Shown here: piece after piece, positions 14,750 through 28,865 of the stretch
Layout: each line of letters begins with the position of its first letter
How positions within the stretch are numbered: the stretch's first letter is position 1
Assembly: GCA_951406725.2 (NCBI GenBank)
Contig: OX597816.1
Coordinates: forward strand, 162,068,001-162,132,000
Origin: Octopus vulgaris
Lineage: Eukaryota
Direction: 5' to 3'
DNA length: 64,000 bases
Position numbers and translations under genes: made by a program
The notes under the pieces: model-generated
The model's input: the letters and a program-made list of their open reading frames with translations, nothing else
Databases searched by the model: none
What the model was told of the DNA's origin: nothing

Positions 14750-15380
14750 TTATACTATAAGGTCTGAAATTTTGGTGGGGGGGGGACTAGTCAATTACAT
14801 CGACACCAGTGTTTCACTGGTACATAATTTATCGACCCTAAAGGATGAAAAGTAAAGTCGACCTCGGCGGATTTTGACCTCAGAACGTAGCGACGGGAGA
14901 AATACCGCTAATTATTCCGCCCGGCGTGCTAACTATTCTGCCAGTACGCCGCCTTACTTGTGGGTGACTTAATGTTAACATATACCAGTAAAATTCCTTC
15001 AAGACTTAATTTCGATTGGGATCTAAATTTTTGCCGAACGACTTTTAAAATATATCTTTCACTGTAACTAAAGCTAATAGTTACAGAGTATAAAACATAC
15101 CAAAGGAGAGCAAAATAACGTACAAGGAGGGAGATATACACAAAATGCACAGAAATTTATATATCGGTTTCAAATTTTTGTACACGGCCAGGAATTTCGG
15201 TGGGCCGGGTAGGTCGATGTAATCGACCCCAGTGCTCAATCGATACTTATTTTATCGACCCAGAAAATATGAGAGGCAAAGCTAGTCTCGGCAGAATTTG
15301 AATTTAGAACGTGTAAACGGAAGAAATACCACTAAGCATTTTGCCCAGCGTGAAAACGAGTCATCCAGCTCACTGACTTA
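14750..15380 (-). mobile_element. Two SINE family B copies (14750-14956, 15167-15380)
   Basis: GGATGAAA.GTAAAGTCGACCTCGGCGGA.TTTGA.CTCAGAACGT motif. Confidence 0.8.
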
Positions 15381-17199
15381 CATTGCAATATAAATTTTAA
15401 TATTTAAATATATCAGTTTATTTCTAATATTGCACTGTGTTTCGATTACTAATCCACTCTCATTAGTAGAGATAAAAGTTATATAATTATATCAGTGTTT
15501 CAAGTAAAGTGTTTGGAATATTCCATGTTAACAGTGAGGTAGTGAGGTTGTTATATTATCAACCATTATTGCTTCTTATTTACTGAGTCTTACACACAAC
15601 AAATATGGAATATGCGATACGCATACAACTTAGATATAATATTTTCTGTTCACCAAGAGAAAAATCTACCCATTTAAAACCCTAAGAGCTAAATATATTT
15701 CTCAAGAAATCTTACTATATACACTTATATAAGAGTAATCAATTCCCTGATGTGAATATATTATTGTATGCTTATTAAGTTTCATTACTGTTGAAGCTCT
15801 ACTTCATTATACTAATCCCTTCGTGGCTATTACCGAGGGTTATACCAAAGTAATACACGTTTTGAGAAACGTGTATTAAACTCCGAATTTATAAATCGGT
15901 TGGGTTTTCTGAGTATGGAACATATTACACAAAATTTGAATGAATAAAGCAAATTTCATAATGAGTGGCCTTAGTACATAGTAAAATAACAACTATACTC
16001 TTTCACTTCTAATGAAGTTTACCAAAGCTGTGCTTAAAACACGGTTTTATAAACACAAAATGTTGTCCTTACTGATGATTTTAATGCATCAATCGAAACA
16101 CAGCAATGTCTCGGGGTAAATTATACTAGTTTTTATATCAAAGTTAACATTTTCTTGTATATTTTTCCTTCATGTACTTGGATGTATGTATGCATATATA
16201 CTTACATATAAATGTACACACACACACACACACACATGTATATATGTGTATATGTGTTTATATATATATATATATGTTTATATACATACATATATATTTA
16301 TATATATATATGTTTATATATATAAATATATATAAATCCACATACATATATATGTATATATATATACATATATATATATATGTATATATATATACATATA
16401 TATATATACATATGTATGTATATATGCATATATATGCACACATGCATATACATATATGCAAATATGCATAGATGCACATATACAAACACATTATCTCTCT
16501 CACACACATGCGCACACATAAATATGTGTGTGTGGTTTTGTGTGTGTGTTTGCGTGTATATGTGTGTGTGTGAGTATTTGTTTGACAAGTATGCGTGTGT
16601 GTGAATGTGTTGACAAGTATTAAATCAACTGAGAGAAAAATCGACAGGAGCTCCGACGGAACCTGAATCAAGCAAATATTACATTTCTGGTCACCTTGCC
16701 ACAAAATGTATGGTGTATTAGGTAACAGTCATGCTCAGTTGTCAAGATGTTTAAATATATAAATTCATTACTTATGTCAATGAACAGATAGACGTCACCA
16801 CAAATTGCACGAGCATTACAGATCATGTGGTAGCTTGTTAAACACCAGCAGATAGGATAGTTAAATAACACGTAATGAGAGTTCATAAATAATTTTGCTT
16901 TCTATGATAAGGATTTACAATTTTAATTCATTTGATAACAAACACAGCTGATATTCTGTATTGTAAACTGTATTGATAAACAAACACGGCTGATGTTCTG
17001 TATTGTATGGTATTGGTAAGCATTCTGGAATGCTTACATGGGTTGAGTTTTGAATAAATCAATACCTCATGGGAAATAACAAAAAAGTTATGGACAAGAT
17101 ATGTAAAGGACTGAAATTTTGAAAAGATATCAGAATCGTAATTTCTCGTGTACGAAGTATAGGAAATCTAAGAAATGAAGAATTAAGAAGTGAAAAACA

Positions 17200-17410
17200 G
17201 AGAAAAAAATATACCTTTAGGTCATGTGAAATTTTGCAGTTACGAGGTGAGACGCAGTAAGAGTGGTGGGTGGAGAAGAGATAGGGTTAGAGGCGCTTGA
17301 TCTAGATGGTAGAAAAGATATTTAGTTACCTTGTTTAGAGAAGTAGAAGCTATTGTGATCGTGATATAAGAAGTAAAGAAAGGAAACCGCAACACTATAA
17401 GCTGGTGATT
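17200..17410 (-). mobile_element. Possible very old Jockey-group LINE 3' remnant
   Basis: Minus strand fragments LQSPAYSVAVSFLYFLYH and THHSYCVSPRNC weakly echo LQPL.HRR.VASL.LFY...HPYCV. Confidence 0.3.
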
Positions 17411-18340
17411 GTAGCTATGCTTGATATAAACATCAAATATAACAGTGATAACTTACATGTTATCGAAAGTTGCAGCTATTTGAGCAGAAAAATATTTGCA
17501 ATAAAGAAGTCTCTATCAAGTGATACCGAAAAAAGAGTTTGCACAGGTTTTCTACTAACTATTGAATATTTAGAAATCTACCCTTAACATAAACATAACA
17601 ATTAAGCTAAACTTGGACAATAAGAGACGTATTAGTTGTAGTATAAGTTATACTATTGCAGACCTATACAATTCTGTATAGGTCTGGAATCTGGAAAGCA
17701 ACAGTTATAAATTGCATTGAAGATAAACGTTTGCTATCAAAAATGCTTGTGGAAATTGCTAGTTATTTCGTATCACTAACGATGAAATTATACACAGAAC
17801 TTCTAAACCAAACGATTTAAATGGTTTAATGGCAACTAAAATATTGACCAACTACGTAAGTTCAAAGAAGATTTCGATGGCGTGAATGAAGTGATTCTGC
17901 CATTTTGACTACTTTTGAACTTGTCCGCAGACGACACTTCTGAATAGCTAGATCAACCAAAGAATACTTGTTAAAGTGGTGATTTTTTTTTTTGAAATAT
18001 ATACTTAGAATTTTGCTGTCTTTCAACCATTCTGTTGAAGTTATAGCCCACATCAGCACAGAAGGAAAAAATACACATACTAAATAATAAAAAACAAAAT
18101 AAAAAAAACAGAAATACATAAAAGAATTTGCTTTGGTTATCGCTCAGATAAAGTTTGCTATCTATTGAAAGAGTGTATACGAATTCTATACAAACATATA
18201 TACCTACATACAGACATACAAACATACATATATAATACATACATACATGCAATTAGACACAAATATATACACATATACGTAAATATACACATACGTAAAA
18301 ACATACATAAATACAGACATATATCTGTGAGTATATGTAT

Positions 18341-18374
<34 letters not shown>

Positions 18375-18443
18375 AACAGGCGTATGCTTATATACGTGTA
18401 TACATATGAATGTATATATCTGCATATATGTATGCATGCATGA

Positions 18444-18497
<54 letters not shown>

Positions 18498-19043
18498 ATA
18501 GAGCGAGGATGACGACAGAGAAAAAGGAGAGAGAAATAGGAGAAAGAGCGAAAGAGAGTTTGTTTGGTGTAGATGTATGGTGCATATATCCCATATATGT
18601 GACAGCAGTAGTTTCTGTTGAGTAAATCAAAATATATATATTCTAAAGAATGATTTAGTGCAAGATGGTGGACAACACAATAAATACAGTGGCGTTTGGT
18701 GAAGGTTGCCGTTGCGGTTGTTGTAGTTGTTGGCGTTGGCATTGGAGTGTAATGGTGTTGCTGTTGATGGTAATTGTGATGGACCGTAGATGGGTTGGGG
18801 GGGTTCTAGTATTATCTTGAGACAAGTAGATTATTGCTATGTATGTATGTATGTATGTATGTATGTATGTATGTATGTATGTATGTATGTATGCATGTAG
18901 GTGTATATGTAGGTGAGTAGGTAGTTATTTGAGTATAACTGTTTGCGTGTGTGTGTATATCCGTTTTTACACTTTTACATATATATCTCACTATATCTCC
19001 GTCTCTCTGAATGTATGTATATATACATACATATATATATATA

Positions 19044-19087
<44 letters not shown>

Positions 19088-19186
19088 CATGTATATATGT
19101 ATGAATGTATGTGTGTATATATATATATATATGTGCATGTATATATGTATGAATGCATGTGTATATATGTATGTATATATGTATGC

Positions 19187-19217
<31 letters not shown>

Positions 19218-19247
19218 CACACACATATGGCACGCACACTCACGATT

Positions 19248-19307
<60 letters not shown>

Positions 19308-19830
19308 ATGTAGATATATATATGTATATATATCTTCATAGCAAAATGAAACTGCTGTTAAAAATGAGACACCTGCTGATGAGGCAGATCGACATCCATC
19401 ATAATAATAATATCCAATGATTGGAATATCTAAACAATTATGACAGCAGCATATCCATCAACATTAAGTGAAATTATTACTCACATCTGACTGATGAACG
19501 TCAAATGGACGAGAAACTCCGACACCTGTTTTATTTAGGTAAACACTCTTCTTTTCTATCGGTTTGTTGCATTCAACGGAAACAAGCATATACATACTTA
19601 AGTATAAATACATCTTCTCTTTATCAGCTTGCCTGTCTGTCTGCCTGTCTGCCTGCCTGTCTGCTTGTCTGCCTGTCTGTCTGTCTGTCTCACTCTTTAT
19701 CACTGTTACTGTTTCAAGCACGTACTCACATGCACAAAGCACACTGTAGGAAATTCAAGAATGGTAAAATGTTTTATATGTATGTTTTTATGGATGTGTA
19801 TTTGTATGTGTATGTGTGTGTACACACACA

Positions 19831-19866
<36 letters not shown>

Positions 19867-20159
19867 TGTATGTATACACAAACACATTTGCACACACATA
19901 CATATGTATATATGTATGTAAACATATATATATACATTTTTATATGTAAGTGCTTGTGTCTTTATACATATATGTATGTATATATATATGTATGTATGTA
20001 TATATATATATATGTATGTATATATATACTATATATATATATGTATGTATATATATATATATACATACATATATTAAAAATTGTATACCATCTATCAATC
20101 TCTTTTCTATACCTACATGTGTATATGTATATAAATGTATTATGTATGTATGTATGTAT

Positions 20160-20240
<81 letters not shown>

Positions 20241-20803
20241 GCATAATATACGTACGTTGATATGTACACATATATTCATTCGTATATATACATATTTGCT
20301 GAACAAGCGAGCAAGTTACATGCGACAAAAGCGAAAAAGACGCACACATACGCAAACACACACACACACACCCACACATATATAAACAGGCGAGCGCATT
20401 TTTCAAGCGAATGTATTAAACAAAACAACGTCTTCTGTATTCTCTACCACAACTCATCAAGAACACTGAATATATTCTAGTTTGACCTGGAGGATGTAAC
20501 AACCGACGAGATTACGATAGGATTAATCGCCTTGAGGGGGTCAGTGATTCTACAAAGCCTGACAAATGCTCACCGAATTTATACAACCAGTTTCGAATCA
20601 ATGAACGAACCTGTCAGAGAGAATTAAACCAGTTGCTTTCGCGTACATACATTGCGTTAATCTTCGTAAGTCTCTCCGGTGTCTTATATAAGAGAACGAA
20701 ACGTTGGTGAACTGCAGATTTATTTATGTATGTATCAATGTGGTGAATTTTTTGTCGAAATATCCAAAGCGGCTGTGCAAATTTATTTTGTAAATCTGGT
20801 GGG

Positions 20804-20813
20804 AAGATGGCGG
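20804..20813 (+). promoter_or_regulatory. YY1-type motif AAGATGGCGG in a repeat-free island
   Basis: Exact motif within unique sequence 20400-20930; function not shown. Confidence 0.3.
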
Positions 20814-21086
20814 TTTTGCTATGTTGTGTGATTACTGGTTGGGCAGACAGTACGAGGCGATATTCAGGATTGCAAACGTACTATTACACACCTACAAATA
20901 TACGCAAACTTATGTATATGCGTATATGTAACTTTGTTCAAAGGCCTCAAGGCAGCTATGTGGCAGAGTCATTAACGCGTCGGACTAAAAGCTTAACAGC
21001 TCTTTTCGCTTCGAGTTCAGGTGATGCCGAGTTCAACTTTACCTCTTATCGTTTTGCGGTTGATAAAATGAAATATTACTTATATG

Positions 21087-21320
21087 CATTTACTCTCTTA
21101 CTCTCTCTTTTACTTGTTTCAGTCATTTGACTGCGGCCATGCTGGAGCACCGCCTTTAGTCGAGCAACTCGACTCCGGGACTTATTCTTTTTGTAAGCCC
21201 AGTACTTATTCTATCGGTCTCTTTTTGCCGAACCGCTAAGTGACGGGGACGTTAACACACCAGCATCGGTTGTCAAGCAATGCTAGGGGAACAAACACAG
21301 ACACACAAACACACACACAT
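21087..21320 (-). mobile_element. SINE family A, 3' half
   Basis: GTTTCAGTCATTTGACTGCGGCCATGCTGGAGCACCGCC. Confidence 0.88.
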
Positions 21321-22547
21321 GGAATTCTGTTCAAATATATTTATTTGGAACTTATTATTATTAATGTTCCACCACAAGGAGGTGGAAGATTAACACGTGG
21401 GACTAAAAGCTTAAAAACTGTTTACGTTCTAGTTGAATTGCTATCGAGTTAGACTTTGCATTTCATCCTTTCAAGGTCTATAAAATAAAGTACTTGAGCA
21501 CTGAGGTCGCTGATACCATTCAAGGCCTCTCCTCAAAATTGCAGGCCTTGTGCCCAGATTTGAAACCGTTATTATTCTCTTCGGAATACATATATGTGTG
21601 CGAGTGCATACGCGAACGCTTGTGTTTGTAAGTGTTTCTTTTGTATATATGTATGTTTATGCGTTAGCGAGTGTTTACGCGTTACCCCATATATTACATA
21701 ATGTGTAATGAAATTTAGGGTTCTCTGCCTCGATTGCGCATGTTGCTCCTTTTTCCTTGTTATGTTCTGAGTGTACATCTATGCATTGCTTTGAGATTCT
21801 CTTCATAATGTATTCTTAATGTGGCCCGAAGGGAGATCGACAAAATACCAAGATGGTGTCAAAGGAAGAAGAAAAATAAACAATGCTATTTTAATTACAC
21901 AATATTCATTAGCCAACGGAGCAAATTACTTATAGGCTTTCCATTAGTAGTGTCTATTTGTCCAAACGCTACAGTTGTAAGCTAACGAGTGTTTTGCATA
22001 CTCTAAACACAAACATATTCATGTTGCTTTCGTGTGTTTTATGCATATGATACTGAAGTCATGAACATATAAATTGTAGTATTTTTTCACGGGTCTACAT
22101 AAATATGCCTCCTGGTTTGGTGATGGTAGTTGAATTCATGCATGGTTAACGGCTTATCTAATAGATTTTCGGTTACGATATGTTTACAGATATTTTTGAT
22201 TATATATTGCCACTATGCTTTTCTCTACATAGTTGTTAAAGTGTTTGAAGAACCAGCAACAACACACACATGTATTTATATATGAATATATATATATATA
22301 TAATTACATATTTGGGATTTTATCAATTGGACCACAATTTCAATTTCCGGACAACGTCATTTTCTGGAGTACACATAGAAAGTTATATCAAAAATACTAA
22401 TCTAATAATATAAGCATTTAAAGCTTACTATAACGTACAATAGAATTAATTAGAAATTATTTAAACATATTTAAAATATATATATATATATATACCTTAC
22501 CTGTTATTAGTCTGTGGGGAATATATATATATATATATATATATAGT

Positions 22548-23066
22548 GAAGGCACGTGGCTTAGTGATTAGGGTGTTGCACTCACGATTGTGAGATCGTG
22601 GGTTCGATTATCAGACCGGGTGTTGCGTTGTGTTCTTGAGCAAAGCATTTCATTTCACGTTGCTCTGCGATTATTTCGTCTTCTGACATGTGGCACACGG
22701 TGCACCTGTACAGGTAATGTCGGTTTGATGGGTGGAGTGAGCTTATGTGGACACAAGCATGTGATCACTATAAACAAACCAACTTTGTGGCTGTTCGGCA
22801 AGAAACTGCCGAACCTGCATACGTCATCTAACGATGGGATAGTTTATGATGATGATGAAATATATATATATGTATATATATATGTATATGTATATGTATG
22901 TATATGTATATATAGGCGCAGAAGTGACTGTGTGGTAAGTAGCTTGCTTACCAACCCCATGGTTCAGTCCCACTGCATGGCACCTTGGGCAAGTGTCTTC
23001 TATTATAGCCTGGGGCCGGCCAGGGCCTTGTGATTGGATTTGGTAGACGGAAACTGAAAGAAACCC
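22548..23066 (+). mobile_element. Diverged family-C-related tRNA SINE (22548-22860, (GAT)n tail) followed by 5' half of SINE A (22914-23066)
   Basis: GGCACGTGGCTTAGTGATTAGGG...GGGTTCGATT head; second head GGCGCAGAAGTGACTGTGTGG. Confidence 0.75.
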
Positions 23067-23838
23067 ACACAAGTACCCTGATTTTATCTACCGATCACTA
23101 CAGTTCATTGAAAAGATGGAAATAAAATGTGGGGTACTGTGATCTCTTGGCAGAAACAGTTGTAAGAAACTGCTCTTCTTTCTCTATTCTAGAAATTACT
23201 GGTACTCTATATGTAAAACACAATCTTTACACATGCATATATATATATTCTCAGAATTGCTTAAAATAAATAGACATAATATAATGTCTAACAGTTGATG
23301 CATACTACCTCTGGATCCCCTCCATTTTCTTCTTGCCGTATAGATATATATGTATATATATGTAACGAGTAAATTGTTATGTCGCTGTATTTGCAGCTTG
23401 TTTCTATATATTAGCAAATGAGAAAATATAAGCTAGTCGGAGGATTGAACTCTTCACCCCTCTCTTGTCAATTGATGCCCAAATCCTTAAAATGTGAACG
23501 TCATGTCAATTATATAAAACCCTTAAAAATGTGTATGTAGCTTAATTTCTATGGCAACAGTGAAGTTAGCGATACGTGTGGAGCTGAGTGAAAGGAAGAA
23601 AGGGAGATAGAGAGAGGGGGTGAAAGAGGGAGTGAAAGAGAGAAAGAGAGAGAGAAAGAGAGAGAGTAAAAGTTAGGGCGGAAAGAGGGTATGGGGGAAG
23701 ACAGGGAGAGATGCTACTGCAAATGTAACACCTAAAGTAAGATTAATTCAGTGTTTCCTGTGTAATTCATTTGCAATCGTTGAAGAATGCAAAAACAAAA
23801 GAAATAGATAGAAGCATTGAGAAAGAGACAAAAAACAA

Positions 23839-23894
23839 CGCCATTTAGTTTTGCAGTTGAGCGGAAGTCGTTTGTAATCCATTGAACCGGAAGT
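23839..23894. promoter_or_regulatory. Candidate housekeeping-type core promoter (2 ETS sites + YY1-like site)
   Basis: CGCCATTT 23839-23846, GCGGAAGT 23861-23868, ACCGGAAGT 23886-23894 within 56 bp in unique, CpG-retaining DNA. Confidence 0.45.
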
Positions 23895-24422
23895 ACAACA
23901 ACAGTCGCTGTAACAGCAAAACGAATGAAGACAGATAAGGTTTTGATGTTTGATGGAAAGAAAGCCGAGCGCTTGACATATTGCGAAAAAGGAAGCCTCG
24001 TTATCGGCTGGTAGCTGTTATAGTAAAAGTTTGGTTAAATTACGATTGTATTGTGTCGTAGCGTGAATTATTGAACAATATTGTCTTGTGCTTTATAGAG
24101 GCTATGAAATATGCTATCTCTGTATAATAATAACCGATAGATGCGGTGGTTGGTTGATTGGCTTGTGACGTTTTACATCGGATAGTGAAAGCGGTAAAGA
24201 CAAGTAAAGAGCGAGAGCGAGCGAGCGAGCGAGAGAGAGAGAGAGAGAGAGTGAGAGAGAGAAAGAGAGAGAGAGAGCGGGAGACAGAGAGGGGGGATTA
24301 ATATAAGAGGTGTATACTGGTTTTGGTGGCAGACAATGAGTAAATGGACGTTACAAACATACAAAGTGATATAGAGGTAAAGATTCATAGGCAGAGGTGA
24401 GGGAGCATATATATATATATAT

Positions 24423-24477
<55 letters not shown>

Positions 24478-24813
24478 CGTGTGTGTATGTGCATGTATGT
24501 ATGTGGAGGAGGAGAGAGAGAGAGAGGGAGAGTGTGTGTGAATTTTCCTAATTCGGGTTACATTTTTATACATTTTGAATAATGTTTTATTTAATTATAA
24601 TTTAAAATAATTATTATATTTGTTTTGGAAATTAAGTGTCCGTTACATCAATTTGTATAAGCACGAAGAAACTTGTGAGCTAGAATGTTAAATCTTAGTG
24701 CGCGTGCACAGTAGAGCTCAAAATCAGTCTTTGCTAAGCAGCTTTATTCTGCACGCTTTAGCTTCGTTACTATGTCAACAGTCCGGATACTTATCGATCA
24801 GACCTCGTATGTG

Positions 24814-25025
24814 AAGGCGGTGAGCTGGCAGAATAGTTAGCACACTGGGAGAAATGCCTAGCGGCATTTCGTCTGTCACTACGTTCTGAGTTCAAATTCC
24901 GCCGAGATCGACTTTGCCTTTCATCCTTTCGGAGTCGGTAAAATAAGTACCAGTTGGGCACTGGGGTCGATATAATCGACTATCCTCATTCCTCCAAATC
25001 TCAGGCCTTGTGCTTATAGTAGAAA

Positions 25026-25028
<3 letters not shown>
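24814..25028 (+). mobile_element. SINE family B
   Basis: Full-length copy with diagnostic motifs. Confidence 0.88.
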
Positions 25029-25059
<31 letters not shown>

Positions 25060-25062
25060 TGT

Positions 25063-25445
25063 AGGCGTAGGAGTGGCTGTGTGGTAAGTAGCTTGTTTAC
25101 CAACCACATGGTTCTGGGTTCAGTCCCACTGCGTGGCACCTTGGGCAAGTGTCTTCTACTATAGCCTCGGGCCGACCAAAGCCTTGTGAGTGGATTTCGT
25201 AGATGGAAACTGAAAAGAAGCCCGTCGTATATATGTATATATATATGTTTGTGTGTCTGCGTTTGTCCCTCCAACATCGCTTGACAACCGATGCTGGTGT
25301 GTTTACGTCCCCGTATACGTACTAGGCTTAGAATAAGTACTAGGCTTATAAAGAATAAGTCCTGGGGTCGATTTGCACGACTAAAAGACGATGCTCCAGC
25401 ATGGCCACAGTCAAATGACTGAAACAAGTAAAGAGTTAAAAAAAA

Positions 25446-25450
<5 letters not shown>
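25063..25450 (+). mobile_element. SINE family A, full length
   Basis: Head to tail visible. Confidence 0.9.
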
Positions 25451-25478
<28 letters not shown>

Positions 25479-25699
25479 CCTACGTAGTCCATTAAAATTG
25501 GTCGTCAGCCTAGTTTAAAATTAAAAAAATCAATATTAATAATAAACTTTGACACAAAGCCAAACAACGTGAAGGAGGGATTTAGTCATTTGAATTGACC
25601 TTACTAATAACTCTAAGAAGACTGTTACGAGATTCGAATTCGAAGCAGAGAACAAAACAACATGGCAATCTTTAGCCTAGGCAAAGATATAAACTTTTG

Positions 25700-26900
25700 G
25701 AATATAGATAAATTCTGTGACATTTTAGGGATAGAGACAAATTTCGAAGTATGCCTGTGCATGAGTCTTACATATTTAAAAAGACAACAGGCAAATTCAT
25801 ATACAAAAGAATTTGCAATCAGAACATATCAGCACACTCAATCGATACATACTTTTTCGTGCAGCATACCTGAAAGTGTATATCATAGAGAAAATCTATC
25901 TCCGACCTAAAGCTACAATACTTTTTTTTATGGATAATCAGGCTATTCAGCGTAAGACGAACTAGAATTTTACCACTGAGATGAAGAAATACCATGATGG
26001 TTATCAAAAATTACTTTATAGTCTTTGTTTTTGAAAAATATATTTGACTGAAGCAACAAGCGTATAGAACATGCCTGTTGCCCCATATTTGTGGAAAATA
26101 TTTACTATAGCGTTGGACCTCTGGATATATGCCATAGTAATTTGGTACGAAAATTAGATACTATTGGCTTATGAATTATTTACCGTATTTGGTTTATTAC
26201 AACATAGACTTCGTTAAACGAAGGTGGATTATTTGTAGCTTTTGTGAGTCTGATAAAATGCGGGGTTTATTGAAACGATGACGTTGTACTTCATATAACT
26301 TCAAAGTTCAAAAGAGCGACTGACAGAGAAAGGGTCTACATATATTCTTGAAACATTATAGATTGTAAATTACTTCTGAAAATATCCTTTTAGAAGGAAA
26401 CATCGTAGTCGTTATTTTATGTTTGGACAACATATTATTTTAGCTGTAATGAAGCGAAATGGTATTATAAAAATGAATCAACGATCTCCATGACATCTGA
26501 AATTATCATAATATGGTCACAACTGACCTATAAGATTTCATAAGCTTTCTGCCACAGAAAACTATTTAATGAAGCGTCAACATATTATAAAACCCTGCAT
26601 AAAAGCGGATTCCCTGAATATATTAAATGTATTTAAAAATACAAGAACTATGATTTAAAAAATCACAGGACAGTAAATCATAATTTAGTTTAATCTCCCC
26701 CCCCCCAGTATGACAGTCTACGTTCATATAGCAAACATTTTCTTTTACCATTAAACAAGCACTTCCACTCACTATATATTTTATAAAATTTTCAATAATA
26801 TTCCACAACACTAATCATTGTTAGTATACTTGATTCACCACCATTGCATGTAAAATAAATAAGCTACATACAATACAACCAGCATTTTCTGTAAATATAC
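25700..26900 (-). mobile_element. Possible ancient Penelope-like RT/GIY-YIG relic
   Basis: Minus-strand scraps in the expected order: YVD near 26580 and NSFVYEFACC/KYV near 25770-25820; heavily decayed. Confidence 0.25.
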
Positions 26901-27232
26901 AAATACAAATATATATCCAGCGGAGTTAACTGTATGTCCAATATCACTGTTTACAAATGTTCTCTGATTAATACAGCATAACAGTCCTCTTGCTTCGGGC
27001 AAACATAGTTATTAAATTAGTTTAAATTAATTAATGTATCATAATTATGTATATGCATCAATTTCTGTATCTATTTATAAATTCGAATTTGGTAATAGGA
27101 GTAGCTCTATATTAAAATCTTTATACATGTAACTTGCTTAACATATGTGTGTCAAAAGCCAGCAGATTCAGTTCTTCGCCCGGTAAAAATTCCTTATAGA
27201 CATATTGGGATAAGAAAAAAATAAAAGATACA

Positions 27233-27602
27233 GGGGAGGAAGCACTCCGTCGGTTACGACGATGTGGGTTCCGGTTGATCCGAATCAACGGAACAGCCTG
27301 CTCGTGAAATTAACGTGTAAGTGGCTGAGCACTCCACAGACACGTGCACCCTTAACGTAGTTCTCGGGGATATTCAGCGTGACACAGAGAGTGACAAGGC
27401 CGGCCCCTTGAAATACAGGTACAACAGAAACAGTTGTGGTGAAAGAGTACAGCAGGGATCACCAACATCCCTTGCCGGAGCCTCGTGGAGCTTTAAGGTG
27501 TTTTCGCTCAATAAACACTCACAACGCCCGGTCTGGGAATCGAAGCCGCGATCTTATGACCGCGAGTCCGCTGCCTTAACAACTGGGCCATTGCGCCTCC
27601 AC
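27233..27602 (-). mobile_element. tRNA(Arg-like)-derived SINE family C with 12-bp TSD
   Basis: Head GGAGGCGCAATGGCCCAG...GGACTCGCGG...TTCGATTCCC; TSD ATAAAAGATACA at 27221-27232 and 27603-27614. Confidence 0.92.
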
Positions 27603-27837
27603 ATAAAAGATACAATGTACTTCAGAACTAAGCAAAACTAAGTTGCCACGGAAGCGAATGCGCGGGTGACAGACACGTATCTCCCTGCTGTTGCAGATTT
27701 TTAATATTATGAACTCATGAGGTGCCAAGCAGGCAGAATAGTTTGCATGCCGGGTAAAATGATCCGTATTTCATCCGTCTGTGCCTTCTGAGTTCAAATT
27801 AATTCGAGATGAATTTTACTTTTCACCCATTCGGGGT

Positions 27838-28255
27838 TACTCTCTTTTACTCTTTTAATTGTTTCAGTCATTTGATTGCGGCCATGCTGGAGCACCGCCT
27901 TTAGTCGAGGAAATCCATCCTAGGACTTATTATTTGTAAGTCTAGTACTTATTCTATCGGTCTCTTTTGTCGAACCGCTAAGTTACGGGTACGTAACCAC
28001 ACCAGCATCGGTTGTCAAGCGATGATGGGGTAACAAGCACAGACACATAAACACACAAACACACACACAAACACACATACACACACACACAAACACACAC
28101 ACCTATATATAGTTTCCGTCTATCAAATGCACTCACAAGGAATTGGTCGGCCCGAGGCTATAGAAGAAGGCACTTTCCCAATGTGCCACGCAGTGGGACT
28201 GAACTCGGAACCATGTGGTTAGTAAGCTACTTACTACACAGCCACTCTTACACTT
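27838..28255 (-). mobile_element. SINE family A nested in a SINE B copy
   Basis: SINE B sequence stops at ...TTCGGGGT (27837) and resumes GATAAAATAAGTACCAG at about 28258. Confidence 0.8.
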
Positions 28256-28797
28256 ATGATAAAATAAGTACCAGTTGCTCCTTTACTCCAGATTGCTGGC
28301 CTTGTGTCAAAATTTAAAACCAATGTCGCGCACTCATTTCACTTCGGAAATGAGATCGAAGATCCCAGTCTGAAGTATATAAATATAGTGTATAAATCAA
28401 GACTCTGGCTTACAATGGCGTTGGATCAGTAGAATAAAATTTGAATTAGGCAACAGAAGCATCTTTATCGCAACATCTTTATAAATATGACATACTTAAT
28501 GTATGTGTGTCGTAAGCCAAAAGTCTTAGTCATTAGCAACTGAATAGAATACAATCCGCTCGCTAGCTCGGTCATTTTGTCTCTTCATCCAGCAGAGTAT
28601 CTATGTTAGGGAAAGAGGAGAAGCTGTGCTAGCACTAGGATGGAACTAGTAGACGGAAGGGATGTGAGATGAAGAATTTTGCTCAAGGACACAAGTCACC
28701 GCCGGTTCCACGGCTTTACCATCTAATAACTGGGACATGCGTTTTCACACACATACACATCACGCACATACTATACATACACACACATGCACGCAAG

Positions 28798-28865
<68 letters not shown>

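Noticed and set aside
19490-19530. CTGATGA-A-CGTC/GACG-A-GAAAC as a hammerhead
   Set aside because: No helix I or usable helix III can be formed
23767-23844. 25-aa hydrophobic minus-strand ORF (MALFFVSFSMLLSISFVFAFFNDCK) as a signal peptide exon
   Set aside because: Ends in a stop without a splice donor; explained by T-rich composition
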